From positions 1 to 43,406 of the forward strand of contig JBEKHC010000037.1 in the NCBI GenBank assembly GCA_050012475.1: a stretch of 43,406 nucleotides of DNA, read 5' to 3'. The stretch comes from Candidatus Velthaea sp. (lineage in GTDB: Bacteria > Vulcanimicrobiota > Vulcanimicrobiia > Vulcanimicrobiales > Vulcanimicrobiaceae). A program made the position numbers and the translations under genes. The stretch's first letter is position 1. Each line of letters starts with the position of its first letter. The notes beneath the pieces are model-generated. The model saw only the letters and a program-made list of their open reading frames with translations. It had not been told where the DNA came from and did not search any database. This document shows positions 26,675 through 37,115 of this stretch, piece after piece.

Positions 26675-28162
26675 TCAGCGAGTAGTGTAGCAGCTGATCT
26701 TGAAGCGCGACGTTAGCCGGCGAAACGCGAACGTGAAGCCGGGCCAGAGCGAAACATTTTTGCCGCGGGCGTCCTGATACCAGCTCGAGCAGCCCGTCGC
26801 CCAGACCGTGCCGCGCATGCGGCGCTGCAGATCGTCGTTGAAGGCGTGCATCACGTTCGGCTTGACGTCGAGCGTACGGCCGATGGTCGTGCGCAAGTAG
26901 CCGATCGCCCCCAGAATGTAGCGGTACTGCGCTTCCATCATGAAGATCATCGAATTGTGTCCCAGTCCGGTGTTCGGTCCGATCACCAGGAAGAGATTGG
27001 GGAAGCCGCTGACGCTCGTGCCGAGATAGGCTTCGAGGCCGTCACGCCAGGCCTCGGCCAGTTCGACGCCGCCGCAGCCGAACACGCGGACGGGCGTAAG
27101 CCCTTCGGTTGCTTTGAAGCCCGTTCCGAAAATGATGACGTCGGCCGCGACCTCGCGTCCGTCGCCGGCAACGACGCAATCGGCCCGGATCTCTTTCGCG
27201 CCCCCAGCGAGCAACTCGACGTTCGCGCGCGCGAGCGCCGGATAGTAATCGTCCGAGAGCAGGATGCGTTTACAACCGGCACGGTACGCCGGCGTGACTT
27301 TGGCGCGGAGGACCGGATCGACCACGTTGCGCTCGATGAATTTGCGCACGTCCCGCTCTTGTCGTTCGAGGAGTTTGGGATTGACGACGAATCCGAGCGC
27401 CCGCACTTCGAGCATCCAATAGATCGCCAGCCGCACCAGGCGCGCGTAGGCCGGAACCAGCCGGCGCGCAAGCTGGTGCAGCGGATCGACCGGCCCGTCG
27501 TTGCGGGGGATGACCCACGGCGGCGTGCGCTGGAAGATCGTCAGTTTTCCCGCACGCGGCGCGATCTGCGGAATGAACTGGATCGCGCTCGCGCCCGTCC
27601 CGATGACGGCGACGTTCTTGCCGGTCAGGTCGACCGCGTCGTCCCACTGCGATGAGTGAAATGACGGCCCGGCAAAGCGTTCGCGGCCCGGGATGCCGCC
27701 GAAATTCGGTTTGTTGAGCGGACCCAGCGCGCCGACGAGAACGCGGCTGCGCACCACGTCGCCGCCGGCGAGCGTGACCGCCCAGATGCCGGCCGCTTCG
27801 TCGAAACGTGCCTCACTGACATCGCAGTGAAAGCGAATGTGCTCGCGCAGGCGTTCCCGGTCGCAGATTCGCTTGAGATAGGCCAGGATCTCGGCTTGGG
27901 CCGGATAGATCCGCGTCCAATCGTCGCTGCGCTCGAACGAGAACGAGTAGAGCATCGCCGGGACGTCGCACGCGCAGCCCGGATAGACGTTGTCGCGCCA
28001 GGTTCCCCCGATCTCGCCGGCGCGTTCGAGGACGATGAACGAGGAACGGCCGGCCCGCTTGAGCTGGATCGCAAGCCCGAGACCGCCGAAGCCTGCACCG
28101 ATGATGATGACCTCGGCGTCGAGGCGCAGCGTCCGCGGCGGCGTCGTCGTCGCGTGCATCAT
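26675..28162 (-). CDS. Baeyer-Villiger-type flavin monooxygenase
   Basis: IIGAGFGG, GGTWRDNVYPGCACD, BVMO fingerprint FAGPSFHSSQWD, IGTGASAIQ. Confidence 0.93.
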   Translation of the reverse strand: MMHATTTPPRTLRLDAEVIIIGAGFGGLGLAIQLKRAGRSSFIVLERAGEIGGTWRDNVYPGCACDVPAMLYSFSFERSDDWTRIYPAQAEILAYLKRICDRERLREHIRFHCDVSEARFDEAAGIWAVTLAGGDVVRSRVLVGALGPLNKPNFGGIPGRERFAGPSFHSSQWDDAVDLTGKNVAVIGTGASAIQFIPQIAPRAGKLTIFQRTPPWVIPRNDGPVDPLHQLARRLVPAYARLVRLAIYWMLEVRALGFVVNPKLLERQERDVRKFIERNVVDPVLRAKVTPAYRAGCKRILLSDDYYPALARANVELLAGGAKEIRADCVVAGDGREVAADVIIFGTGFKATEGLTPVRVFGCGGVELAEAWRDGLEAYLGTSVSGFPNLFLVIGPNTGLGHNSMIFMMEAQYRYILGAIGYLRTTIGRTLDVKPNVMHAFNDDLQRRMRGTVWATGCSSWYQDARGKNVSLWPGFTFAFRRLTSRFKISCYTTR

Positions 28163-29889
28163 CGCGGGATCAGCCGGGCGGCGCGCGGCCCGAAAAGCCG
28201 TGCGAGCACATCGATCCGGCGGGCGTAGGCTCCGACCAGCACGATGTCGCTGCGCCGTTCGATACCGCGAGCGATGGCGCGAGCGGCTTGTTCGGGAGAA
28301 CGCGTCAGCACGTTGCGTTCGAAGGCGGCGATCCCGCGGCGATACGCGTCTTGGTCGGCGGCGGCGGCGATGCGGGCCGAGCGCGCGATGTTCGTCTTGA
28401 TCCCGCCAGGATAAACGGTCAGCACGTGCACCTTTCCGCGCAGCTCTTCGCGCAAGGCCTCGCTAAAACCGCGCACGGCAAATTTGCTCGCCGAATAGGG
28501 CGCTTGTCCTGCTGCCGCGACCAGTCCCAAAACGCTCGAGAGGTTGACGATCGTGGAGCCGGGCGACTGTAGCAGCGCCGGCAGAAACGCTTTGACGCCA
28601 TAGACGGTGCCCCAAAAGTTGACGTTCATGAGCCAGTCGATTTCGTCGACCGTCAACTCGACGACCGTGCCGGCGCTCGACACGCCGGCATTGTTGATGA
28701 CGACGTCGACGCGGCCGTGCGTGCGCAACACGTCGGCAGCGAAGGCTTCGACTGCGGCGCGCTGCGCGACCTCAACGACGTGCTTGGACACGGCGCTGCG
28801 GTCGCGCACCGCGCGGACCGTCTGCGCAAGTCCGGTTTCGTCGCGATCGGCCAGCGCCAGGGTGTAACCGCGGCCGGCGAGTTCGATCGCCAGCGCGCGT
28901 CCGATCCCGGCCCCTGCGCCGGTGATCGCCGCGACTCGTGCCGGCCGTGCGCCCAGCGCGACGGCCGTCGCCGCGATCCCCGCATCGAGCGCGCGTTGCG
29001 CTTCCGGCACGACCCGGGCGAGGTTGATGAACGCGTGCGGCAGCGTCGGACGCAGGTCGTATGCTGCGCGCACGCCGGCATCGCGCAGGCGGGTGAAGTA
29101 CGCGTGTCCTTCGTCGACGAGCGGATCGTACTGCGCGGCGAGGATATATGCCGGCGGATGATCCTGCGGATCGGGCGCGTCGAGCGGAACGTAGAGCGGA
29201 TCCGCCCGGTCGGCGAGCGTGCGCGTCGCATGTTTCATGAACCACTCGACCGACGCCGGCGTCAGCGGAAGATTCTCCGCGAACCGCGCGCGCGACGGAA
29301 AGCGTCCCGGTCCGTCCACCGACGGATAGATCAGCAGCGCGTATGCCGGCCGCGGGAGCCCGCGTCCGTGGGCGTAGCTGGCAATGGTCGCGGAAAGGCC
29401 GCCGCCGGCGCTGTCGCCGCCGACCGCGATCCGCGCCGGGTCGAGCTCGAATTGCGCTGCATGCTGCGCGAGCCAGGCATAAGCGTCGAACGCGTCCTCA
29501 TGACCGCGGGGAAACGGATGCTCGGGACCGAGGCGATAGTTCACCGCAACGACCGCGATGCGTGCTTCGCGCGCGATGTAGCGCATGAGTCCATCGTACG
29601 AATCGATATCGCCGATCACCATGCCGCCGCCGTGAAAATACAGCAGCACGGGCAGCGTCTGATTCCGGGCGTCGCTGCGGCGATAGAGCCGGGCACCGAT
29701 GTGCGCGCCGTCGCCGGCCGGAATCGCGAGGTCGCGTGCCTCGATCCCGCCGGGATCGCGCAGTCCAAACCGCCGGTTTATTTGGGCGGCTCCGGCGCGC
29801 ATCGCCCGAACGCTGACCTCGGGATAGAACGTGTTGCTGGTGACCTTCGCAAGCCACAGCAAGAACCCAATTCGCCGGTCGAGCGCCAC
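28159..29889 (-). CDS. Fusion of an HSL-family esterase and a short-chain dehydrogenase
   Basis: HGGG, GDSAG, YDPL, LPHAF (Ser-Asp-His triad), followed in frame by TGAGAGIG, NNAG, YSASK. GTG start at 29889 inferred. Confidence 0.9.
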   Translation of the reverse strand: MALDRRIGFLLWLAKVTSNTFYPEVSVRAMRAGAAQINRRFGLRDPGGIEARDLAIPAGDGAHIGARLYRRSDARNQTLPVLLYFHGGGMVIGDIDSYDGLMRYIAREARIAVVAVNYRLGPEHPFPRGHEDAFDAYAWLAQHAAQFELDPARIAVGGDSAGGGLSATIASYAHGRGLPRPAYALLIYPSVDGPGRFPSRARFAENLPLTPASVEWFMKHATRTLADRADPLYVPLDAPDPQDHPPAYILAAQYDPLVDEGHAYFTRLRDAGVRAAYDLRPTLPHAFINLARVVPEAQRALDAGIAATAVALGARPARVAAITGAGAGIGRALAIELAGRGYTLALADRDETGLAQTVRAVRDRSAVSKHVVEVAQRAAVEAFAADVLRTHGRVDVVINNAGVSSAGTVVELTVDEIDWLMNVNFWGTVYGVKAFLPALLQSPGSTIVNLSSVLGLVAAAGQAPYSASKFAVRGFSEALREELRGKVHVLTVYPGGIKTNIARSARIAAAADQDAYRRGIAAFERNVLTRSPEQAARAIARGIERRSDIVLVGAYARRIDVLARLFGPRAARLIPR

Positions 29890-30042
29890 GATCGTCGCGG
29901 TTGCCGGGCGCGCTACGCGCTTCCGGCTTCGTGGTCGTGGGTGCGATGGCCGCCGGCCCCGATATCCATGCTCACGAAATCCGCCGCAGCGGCTGCCGGT
30001 TCCCGGCAAACGCCCGCGTTTTTCCCGGCGTGAGCCGACCCT

Positions 30043-32205
30043 TTAGCGAACCAGCATCTTGCCCGCGGCTTGTTCGCGCAGTAGTCGCTCGACGGCATCG
30101 GCATCGCAGGGTTCCGAGAGGAAAAACCCTTGGCCGTAGTCACAGCCCATCGCGCCGAGCATTTCGAGCTGCTCGGCGGTTTCGATTCCTTCGGCGATCG
30201 CCGCAAGTCCGAGATTGTGCGCGAGCTGAACGATCGTCCGGACGAGCTCCACGCCGTTGCGTGAGTCCATCTTGGTGATGAACGAGCGATCGATCTTCAG
30301 CGCTTTCACCGGCAGGTCGCGCAACACCGCGAGCGACGAATACCCGACGCCGAAGTCGTCAACGTGCAATTCGAAGCCGGCGTCGGATACCTTCGCCAAC
30401 ATCTGCTCCGCGCGGCTCGACTTCTCCATGATTGCGCTTTCGGTGATCTCGAGATGCACGTTTTGCGGCGTGAGGTTTGCCGCGTCGAGCGTTTCGCGCA
30501 AGTGCGTCATGAGATCCGCGTGGGTGAACTGTTTGGTCGAGAGATTGACGCTGACCGTTAAACTCGGATCGGCGAAGCGGGTTTGCCAGGCCGCCAGCGC
30601 CGTGCAAGCGGTGGCCAGTACCCAACGATCCACCGCGATGACGATGTTGTTCGATTCCGCCCGCACGATGAAATCGCCCGGATAGAGCAGCCCGCGCCGC
30701 GGGTGCGCCCAGCGCACGAGCGCCTCGAACCCCGAGATCGTCGCGTCCTCCAGGCGCACCACGGGTTGATATGCGATCCGCAGTTCGCCGCGCTCGACGG
30801 CGTGGCGCAGGTCGCCCACGAGATCGGGCATCGGCTGACCGATCGTCGGCACCGAACCGCTGAACATCATCGAACGCGCGCGCCCGCCTGCCTTCGCGAC
30901 GTACATCGCCGAATCCGCATCGCGCAAAATGGTTTCCGGGTTGTCGTACCCGGGAGCTCCCAGCGCGATCCCCACGCTTACCGTCGCATGCACGTTTTGC
31001 GAATCGACGAAGATCGGCTTTTGCATCTCCGCCCCGATCCGGCTGGCGGCTTCTTCGGCATCGGCCGCGTCGTGAATGCCGTTGAGGAGAATGGCGAACT
31101 CGTCGCCGCCGATCCGGGCAACGATGTCTTCGGTGCGGGCGCAGCTTTCCAGCCGTCGTGCCGTGATTTCGAGCAAGTGATCGGCCACCATGTGTCCGTA
31201 GCGGTCGTTGACCGCTTTGAAATGATCGAGGTCGATGAAGAGCACGGCGAACCGGTATGTCGACCGGCGTTTGATCAAGGCGATTGCTCGCTCGACGTGA
31301 TCGAAAAACGTGTTCCGGTTCGCGAGTCCGGTGAGCGGGTCCACTGCAGCCCGGCGGCGCAAATCGTCGGTTTGCTTCTTGTGCGCGGTAATGTCGTGTG
31401 CGATATGAACGAAGCCCTGCGAACCGCGCTTCTTGCTGGCGCGAAGCCGGCTGATCTTTTCGTTTCCCAGAAAGCGCGAGCCGTCTTTGCGCAGGAACCA
31501 GCGTTCCTCGTCGACTTTCCCCAGCACCGAGGCCTTCTGAAGCACGATCTCGGGGACGCCGTTGGAAATGTCCTCGGGTGCAAACAGCTCGGCGAAGTGC
31601 TTGCCGATGATTTCGTGCTCGGCGTAACCCAACGCGCCATGCGCTGCAGAATTCCAGCTCGTGATCGAGCCGTCGAGTGCGAGCGAGAAGATCGCATATT
31701 CCGGCACGCTCTCGATGAGGATGCGTAAGCGCTCTTCGCTGTCTTGCAGGGCTTCGCGTGCTTCGTAGTTCGCGGTCATGTCGGCGACGAACTTGGTAAA
31801 GCCGATGAGCGCGCCGGCCGCTCCGTAAATGGGCGCCATGTTGTTGGCCGCCCAAAAGTGCGTCCCGTCCTTGCGCACGTTCCAGCGTTCGTAGGTAGCG
31901 CGGCGTCCGTCTTGGGCCTCGCTCAGCTCCTTCTCCGGTGTGCCGGCAGCGAGGTCTTCAGCGGTAAAGGTTATCCTGAACGACTTGCCGACGATTTCGC
32001 GCTTCGTATACCCGTACATATTTTCCGCGCCGGTGTTCCAGGTAATGACGTCGCCCATCGGCGAGATGGCGAAGATCGCTTGTTCGCTTAGGCTTTCCAC
32101 CAGCGAGCGGTACAGGCCGTCATCCGTGGCGTACCCGCTCGATCTGATCGATGACAGCCGCGCCGTCATTTCCGCCGTGTCTTCCAGCTCCATACCTTTG
32201 CGCAT
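30043..32205 (-). CDS. PAS-PAS-GGDEF-EAL diguanylate cyclase/phosphodiesterase (start approximate)
   Basis: Two PAS/PAC domains (WN...GY...RKDG), RxxD and GGDEF, EALVRW, DDFGVGYSS, EGIE, QGF. Confidence 0.95.
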   Translation of the reverse strand: MRKGMELEDTAEMTARLSSIRSSGYATDDGLYRSLVESLSEQAIFAISPMGDVITWNTGAENMYGYTKREIVGKSFRITFTAEDLAAGTPEKELSEAQDGRRATYERWNVRKDGTHFWAANNMAPIYGAAGALIGFTKFVADMTANYEAREALQDSEERLRILIESVPEYAIFSLALDGSITSWNSAAHGALGYAEHEIIGKHFAELFAPEDISNGVPEIVLQKASVLGKVDEERWFLRKDGSRFLGNEKISRLRASKKRGSQGFVHIAHDITAHKKQTDDLRRRAAVDPLTGLANRNTFFDHVERAIALIKRRSTYRFAVLFIDLDHFKAVNDRYGHMVADHLLEITARRLESCARTEDIVARIGGDEFAILLNGIHDAADAEEAASRIGAEMQKPIFVDSQNVHATVSVGIALGAPGYDNPETILRDADSAMYVAKAGGRARSMMFSGSVPTIGQPMPDLVGDLRHAVERGELRIAYQPVVRLEDATISGFEALVRWAHPRRGLLYPGDFIVRAESNNIVIAVDRWVLATACTALAAWQTRFADPSLTVSVNLSTKQFTHADLMTHLRETLDAANLTPQNVHLEITESAIMEKSSRAEQMLAKVSDAGFELHVDDFGVGYSSLAVLRDLPVKALKIDRSFITKMDSRNGVELVRTIVQLAHNLGLAAIAEGIETAEQLEMLGAMGCDYGQGFFLSEPCDADAVERLLREQAAGKMLVR

Positions 32206-32401
32206 CGTACCAGACCGGAGAATGCGAGGCATAGTAGCGGCGGGCGCTTTGACGTTAACTTGATGTTGCTGCGGCACGCGGTTGCCGTGGTTGCTGCGTT
32301 GCGCGCGCACGTTCGTTTGATCTGCAATGCGTTCTGTAAACTTTGTGCACGGAGCCGCAGTGCGTAAGCCCTTCGGCGGTGCTTGCGGGTGGAGCTGCCG
32401 T

Positions 32402-33163
32402 CTATGCCTCTTCGGTGAGCAGTTCGACGAGGCGCGCGCGCTTGCCGTCGTCAAGGTCGAGCCCGCGCGCCAGGTACGCGTCGACGGATCCGAACGAGCG
32501 CTGCATCTGTTCGAATGCGGCTTGCAAATAGTTGGTTCTTGCGGTCATGACGGAGTGCAGCAGCTCGGGCGGCGTCGATGCGCTGAAGAACTGCGAGATG
32601 TCGCGCATGTACGAATTGGTCAGCGCGTAGTCCTCGAGAACGCTCTCTTGCGGTGTGCCTAAAGCAAGGAGCAGCGCAGAGATCGCAAAGCCGGTCCGAT
32701 CCTTCCCGCTCGTGCAATGCAGCAGCAGCGGAAGATTGCGCTCGTCGAGCGCGAGCGCGAGCGCGCGCGCGAACTCGGCCTGATGGTCGGTCACAAAGCG
32801 GCGGTATTGGTCGACGAACGTCGCCTCGATCTCGGCTCGGGTAACCGTTCCGTGCGACACGCCGCGCAACATCTCGAGCACGCCTTCGGCCATGAAACCG
32901 ATCTCGACGCTCGTTATTCCACTCGACGGCGCCAAGCGGTTCGGCAGTTCCTGGCGTTCGGAAGCAAGCCGAAAGTCGACCAGCGTGTGAACACCGAGCG
33001 CGGCGAGCCGGGCATGATCGTCATCGGTCAGCTTGCTCAAGCTGTCGGACCGGAAAACGCGGCGCCAACGCACGCGTCTGCCTCGTGTCGCCGGGTAACC
33101 GCCGATATCGCGAAAGTTGACGGCGCCTTCGAGCCCGATCCGCCGCGCCAGCTGCTCGTTCAT
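32402..33163 (-). CDS. Protein tyrosine/serine phosphatase (PtpB/IphP-like)
   Basis: NFRDIGGY, FRSD, P-loop HCTSGKDRTG, DYALTN. Confidence 0.93.
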   Translation of the reverse strand: MNEQLARRIGLEGAVNFRDIGGYPATRGRRVRWRRVFRSDSLSKLTDDDHARLAALGVHTLVDFRLASERQELPNRLAPSSGITSVEIGFMAEGVLEMLRGVSHGTVTRAEIEATFVDQYRRFVTDHQAEFARALALALDERNLPLLLHCTSGKDRTGFAISALLLALGTPQESVLEDYALTNSYMRDISQFFSASTPPELLHSVMTARTNYLQAAFEQMQRSFGSVDAYLARGLDLDDGKRARLVELLTEEA

Positions 33164-33502
33164 CGCACGTCGACGCGGCGGCCCGCCGCTGCTCTGCACA
33201 TAGCTTTATCCTAGCCGAACAGCGGCGTGAACCTCAACCGAAAACGTCAAGCTTTCGCGTGACGCCGGTGGGCGCGGCGTCACGCACGCGGATCGATCAC
33301 CGCTTTCAAGACGTGAGCCGCTGCTTTGCGCACCCGATGCCGTGCGCTCGCCGGTGAACGGCGCGACTGCGAGCAACGGCGCGCGGCTCGGCAGCAGCGG
33401 CTTGACGCGTTGAATAGGGCGGACCCTTCCGACGGCAGAGCGCCTTCCGCCCGAGTTCGAGTTCGCAAAACAAATCTCCGCTGCAGCAGATTCGTCCGGG
33501 AG

Positions 33503-34528
33503 CTAACTTTCTTTGACGGCTTTTTGTTCGAGGTGGCCGCCGAATTGGAAGCGCATCGCCGAGAGCACCTTATCTTGAAAGTCCGCTTCGCCGCGTGAGC
33601 TAAAGCGGGCATAGAGCGCGGTGGTCAAGACGGGCGCCGGGACGGCTTCGTCGATCGCAGCTTTGATGGTCCAGCGTCCTTCGCCCGAATCCGAGACGTG
33701 GCCGGCAAATTCCGACAGGGTCGGGTCTTCGATCAGCGCGGCGGCGGTGAGATCGAGCAACCACGACGCGATGACGCTGCCGCGGCGCCAGACTTCGGTA
33801 ATGTCGTGCAGGTCGAGGTCGTACTGATAGTGTTCGGGATCGCGCAAGGGCGTGGTTTCGGCGTCCATGGCATGACTGCGCTTTCCGACGTTGGCCGCGC
33901 GCAAGATTCCCAGTCCCTCGGCGTAGGCCGCCATCAGGCCGTACTCGATGCCGTTATGAACCATTTTGACAAAGTGGCCGGCACCGTTGGGACCGCAGTG
34001 AAGATAGCCCTCTTCGGCGGTTCCGCTCCCGGGTGGCCGGCCCGGGGTGCGCGGAACCTCGCCAATTCCGGGTGCTAGCGTGCGGAAAATCGGATCGAGG
34101 CGTTGGACCGTTGCCGATGGTCCGCCGATCATCATGCAATAGCCGCGCTCGAGGCCCCAAACACCGCCGCTGGTTCCGACGTCGACGTAGTCGATCCCGC
34201 GTTGCCGCAAGCGCTCGGCGCGCCGAATGTCATCCACGTAGTATGAATTGCCGCCGTCGATAATCGTGTCGCCCGATTCGAGAACGGCGGCGAGTTCGTC
34301 GATGCTTGCGTCGGCGACCGCGGCGGGTACCATCAACCACACCGCGCGCGGGCGCGCCAGCTTCGCCGCCAGATCGGCGACCGATGCCGCTCCAACCGCG
34401 CCGTCGTTCACGGCGGACTTCACGGCGGCTTCGCTGCGATCGTAGACGACACAGTTGTGGCCCGCGCGAATCAAGCGTCGGGACATGTTTGCGCCCATGC
34501 GGCCGAGCCCGATCATTCCGAGTTGCAT
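33503..34528 (-). CDS. gnd: Decarboxylating 6-phosphogluconate dehydrogenase (short type)
   Basis: [58 protein letters not shown]. Confidence 0.97.
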   Translation of the reverse strand: MQLGMIGLGRMGANMSRRLIRAGHNCVVYDRSEAAVKSAVNDGAVGAASVADLAAKLARPRAVWLMVPAAVADASIDELAAVLESGDTIIDGGNSYYVDDIRRAERLRQRGIDYVDVGTSGGVWGLERGYCMMIGGPSATVQRLDPIFRTLAPGIGEVPRTPGRPPGSGTAEEGYLHCGPNGAGHFVKMVHNGIEYGLMAAYAEGLGILRAANVGKRSHAMDAETTPLRDPEHYQYDLDLHDITEVWRRGSVIASWLLDLTAAALIEDPTLSEFAGHVSDSGEGRWTIKAAIDEAVPAPVLTTALYARFSSRGEADFQDKVLSAMRFQFGGHLEQKAVKES

Positions 34529-34944
34529 GTATGAAGTCTCCATTGGCGTGCGAAGTGGGATGAAGATGGCGTTTCGCACTACGTCGTTGGCTGCACGACC
34601 GAATCCATCCCGCGCGGCCCGAGCGCGGTGCTTGTTCGGGGTGCTTGAAAGCGTTGCTGCCGGATCGGCTCGCGCCGCAGGCGCTTGGTCACTGGACTCG
34701 GCGCAATTCGGCTGCTACGGGGTACGAATGAGAGTTCAACAGGTGCGGCTCGTTGGCGGAGGTATCTTTCGGAGAGAGTAAGATAGTTAACTCCGCATTA
34801 ACGTTTTGTCGTTGCTGAGGAGAGGCGAAGCAGTAATTAGTGGAATTACGATCGCCATGCACGTGGCTAAAGGAAGTTAATTCCATCTCGAGGTTACTAC
34901 TAATGCGCGTTACTCGTTACGGCAATTCGTGTTACAATTCACGT

Positions 34945-35157
34945 ATGGACTTCATGAAAGAACCGAACCAAGTATCGATAACGCAGATCGCCACTCTGTA
35001 TGTTGCCTGCCTTATCGCCGGCGGGTTTTCAATTCTGAATGCATTCTTACACGCAAACTCTCCCCTGTACGTTCTCGGCTCGATCGTGTTCGCGCTTGCC
35101 GCAATTGCGGGTATCGTCTTTTGCACGCGCCAAATCGGCCGGACGCTCAAGGTCTAA
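34945..35157 (+). CDS. Small two-TM membrane protein
   Basis: 70 aa with two hydrophobic stretches, in a locally AT-rich segment. Confidence 0.5.
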   Translation: MDFMKEPNQVSITQIATLYVACLIAGGFSILNAFLHANSPLYVLGSIVFALAAIAGIVFCTRQIGRTLKV

Positions 35158-35276
35158 TTGTAGCCGCCGCGTATGCGAACAGCCATTCGGCGCACGACTC
35201 AGTAGCAGACTTGCGCTTGTCTGCGATGACCGCACGAATCGCTTGCGCGAAATATCGTCGCCATGGCTGCAGCACC

Positions 35277-35697
35277 TCAGGCGTGCTGCAGCTCGCTTTC
35301 TTGTGCGGTCAGTCCCCCGCGGCGCGCCATCGTCGCCGCGCCGATCGCACCCGCGTCGTTGCCTAGCGTAGCGATAACGATCTGCGTGCGTCTACGAGGC
35401 GCCACGGTCGTTAACTCGTCGACCTTCGGGCGTACGGCCTCCAACAAGAAGTTGCCGGCCCCCGCCACGCCGCCCCCGAGCGCGATCAACTCGGGGTTGA
35501 CGAAGGTGACGACATTGGCGAGGCCACGCGCCAGATCGTCGACGTAATTGTTCCAGGCGAGCACGCCATGCGGGAATGCCGAGCTCCGCGGCTCTGCGGA
35601 TCGCTTTTGAGCCGAGTTTCTCCGGTTTGCCGCGGACGGGGTGACTACGCGGAAACAGCGCCGCAACGGTACGCTTCGAAGCATCCCTGTTTACCGC
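35277..35697 (-). pseudogene. ROK-family sugar kinase pseudogene, 3' part
   Basis: GKQGCFEA, then frameshifts, then LARGLANVVTFVNPELIALGGGV...LGNDAGAIGAA. Confidence 0.85.
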
Positions 35698-37115
35698 GGC
35701 AGCGAACAGGATGTGCGCGACCCCCCGGGCGCGACCTTCGCAAACGTCGGATGCAGCGCGGAATCTTCGCCGCGCGTCGCTGCTCGAATGACGGTTTGTG
35801 TGAAGAAGAATGCGCTCCGGCCAAGAACAGTGCCAACCCCTTGGCACTGCCTGATTCTATGCTGGAAAGGTGAAACGGATGGAACGCGTCCGGTTGTATC
35901 CGACCGCCGGTCAACGCGCCGCCCTAACAAAGATGCTCGACGTAACGCGTCAACTGTACAATGCCGCGCTCGAACAGCGCATCGCGGCTTTTCGACGTTG
36001 CCGAGTAACGCTTAGCGCCTCGATGCAATATCACGAGCTGACGTCGCTGCGCGGCGAAGACGTGCGAATTGCCTCGGTATATCGCGAAGTAGAAGATGCC
36101 GCTTTGCGGCGGCTGGATCTGGCGTTCGCGGCGTTTTTCCGCCGGCTTCGATGCGGCGAGCGCCCAGGCTTCCCGCGTTTTCGCGCCGCGAGTGGTTGGG
36201 ATACCCTCGTGTTCCCGCATGGCGACCGGGCGCTGCGGTTCAACGCCGATCAATCGAAGGTCCGGGTGCCGGGCGTTGGCGTCGTGCGGTTGCGCAAAGG
36301 GCGAGTGATCCCGACGTTTGGGCGTGCAATGATCTGTCGTCGTGCCGGGCGCTTTTATGCGTTCTTCGAGTGCGAACGCGAAGCTTCGCACTTGCCGCTA
36401 CTGGGAAATGCCGTTGGTCTGGACCGGGGCGTGGTTGCCGTCGCGGCGACGTCCGAGGGGGAACTCGTTGCCTTTCCCGACAGCGTCGCGGTTCGGCGGC
36501 GTGCGGTCCGCGTGGCGCAGAAACGCTTGTCGCGTCGCGCGCGCGGCAGCCGTCGGCGGGGTCAAGCGCGGCGGTTGTTGGCGCGTGCTCATGAGCGCCT
36601 GGCCAACGCACGGCGCGATTTCGCACACAAGCTGTCCCGAGCGATTGTCGACCGTTATGACACGATCGTGCTCGAGCGCTTGAACGTGCGTGGGATGACC
36701 CGCTCGGCGCGCGGGACGGTGGAGCAGCCGGGGAGCGGTGTGCGCGCCAAGTCCAGGTTAAATCGCGAGATCTTGCATGCCGGTTGGTCGATCTTGCGGC
36801 AATTGATCGTGGAAAAAGCTGAAAAGGCTGTTCGCACGGTCGTCGAGGTCGATGCGAAGAACACGTCGCGCGAGTGCTGCTCGTGCGGTGTGGTGGACGC
36901 GAACTCGCGCCGGTCGCAGTCGTCGTTCGTGTGTGTGGCGTGCGGCTACGCGACGAACGCGGACGTAAATGCGGCGCGGGTGATCGTCAAGAGGGCCGAG
37001 TTGCGGCTCGCAGGGAGTTCTGGTGCACTGGCACCGGACGTAGATCTGCAAAGTGCGTTATCGTCGGGGCGGACCCGGCTCAAGTCGCAGGACGCGGCTT
37101 GAGGGCGCATTCAAC
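35698..37115 (+). mobile_element. IS200/IS605-family (IS1341-like, tnpB-only) insertion, left boundary uncertain (35698 to ~35810)
   Basis: Interrupts the ROK gene at its Cys motif. Left hairpin CAGTGCCAA-CCCC-TTGGCACTG (35828-35849), right hairpin 37079-37103 followed by TTCAAC. No tnpA. Confidence 0.8.
35870..37102 (+). CDS. tnpB: RNA-guided endonuclease TnpB
   Basis: RLYPT HTH, LYNAALEQR, PGFPRF, RuvC-I VGLDRG, RuvC-II VLERL, Zn finger CCSCG/CVACG, RuvC-III NADVNAA. Confidence 0.95.
   Translation: MKRMERVRLYPTAGQRAALTKMLDVTRQLYNAALEQRIAAFRRCRVTLSASMQYHELTSLRGEDVRIASVYREVEDAALRRLDLAFAAFFRRLRCGERPGFPRFRAASGWDTLVFPHGDRALRFNADQSKVRVPGVGVVRLRKGRVIPTFGRAMICRRAGRFYAFFECEREASHLPLLGNAVGLDRGVVAVAATSEGELVAFPDSVAVRRRAVRVAQKRLSRRARGSRRRGQARRLLARAHERLANARRDFAHKLSRAIVDRYDTIVLERLNVRGMTRSARGTVEQPGSGVRAKSRLNREILHAGWSILRQLIVEKAEKAVRTVVEVDAKNTSRECCSCGVVDANSRRSQSSFVCVACGYATNADVNAARVIVKRAELRLAGSSGALAPDVDLQSALSSGRTRLKSQDAA

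Noticed and set aside
35870..37102. Nuclease-dead TldR-type repressor or IStron
   Set aside because: All three RuvC acidic residues are intact, the element is antisense to the host gene, and no group I intron core is seen.
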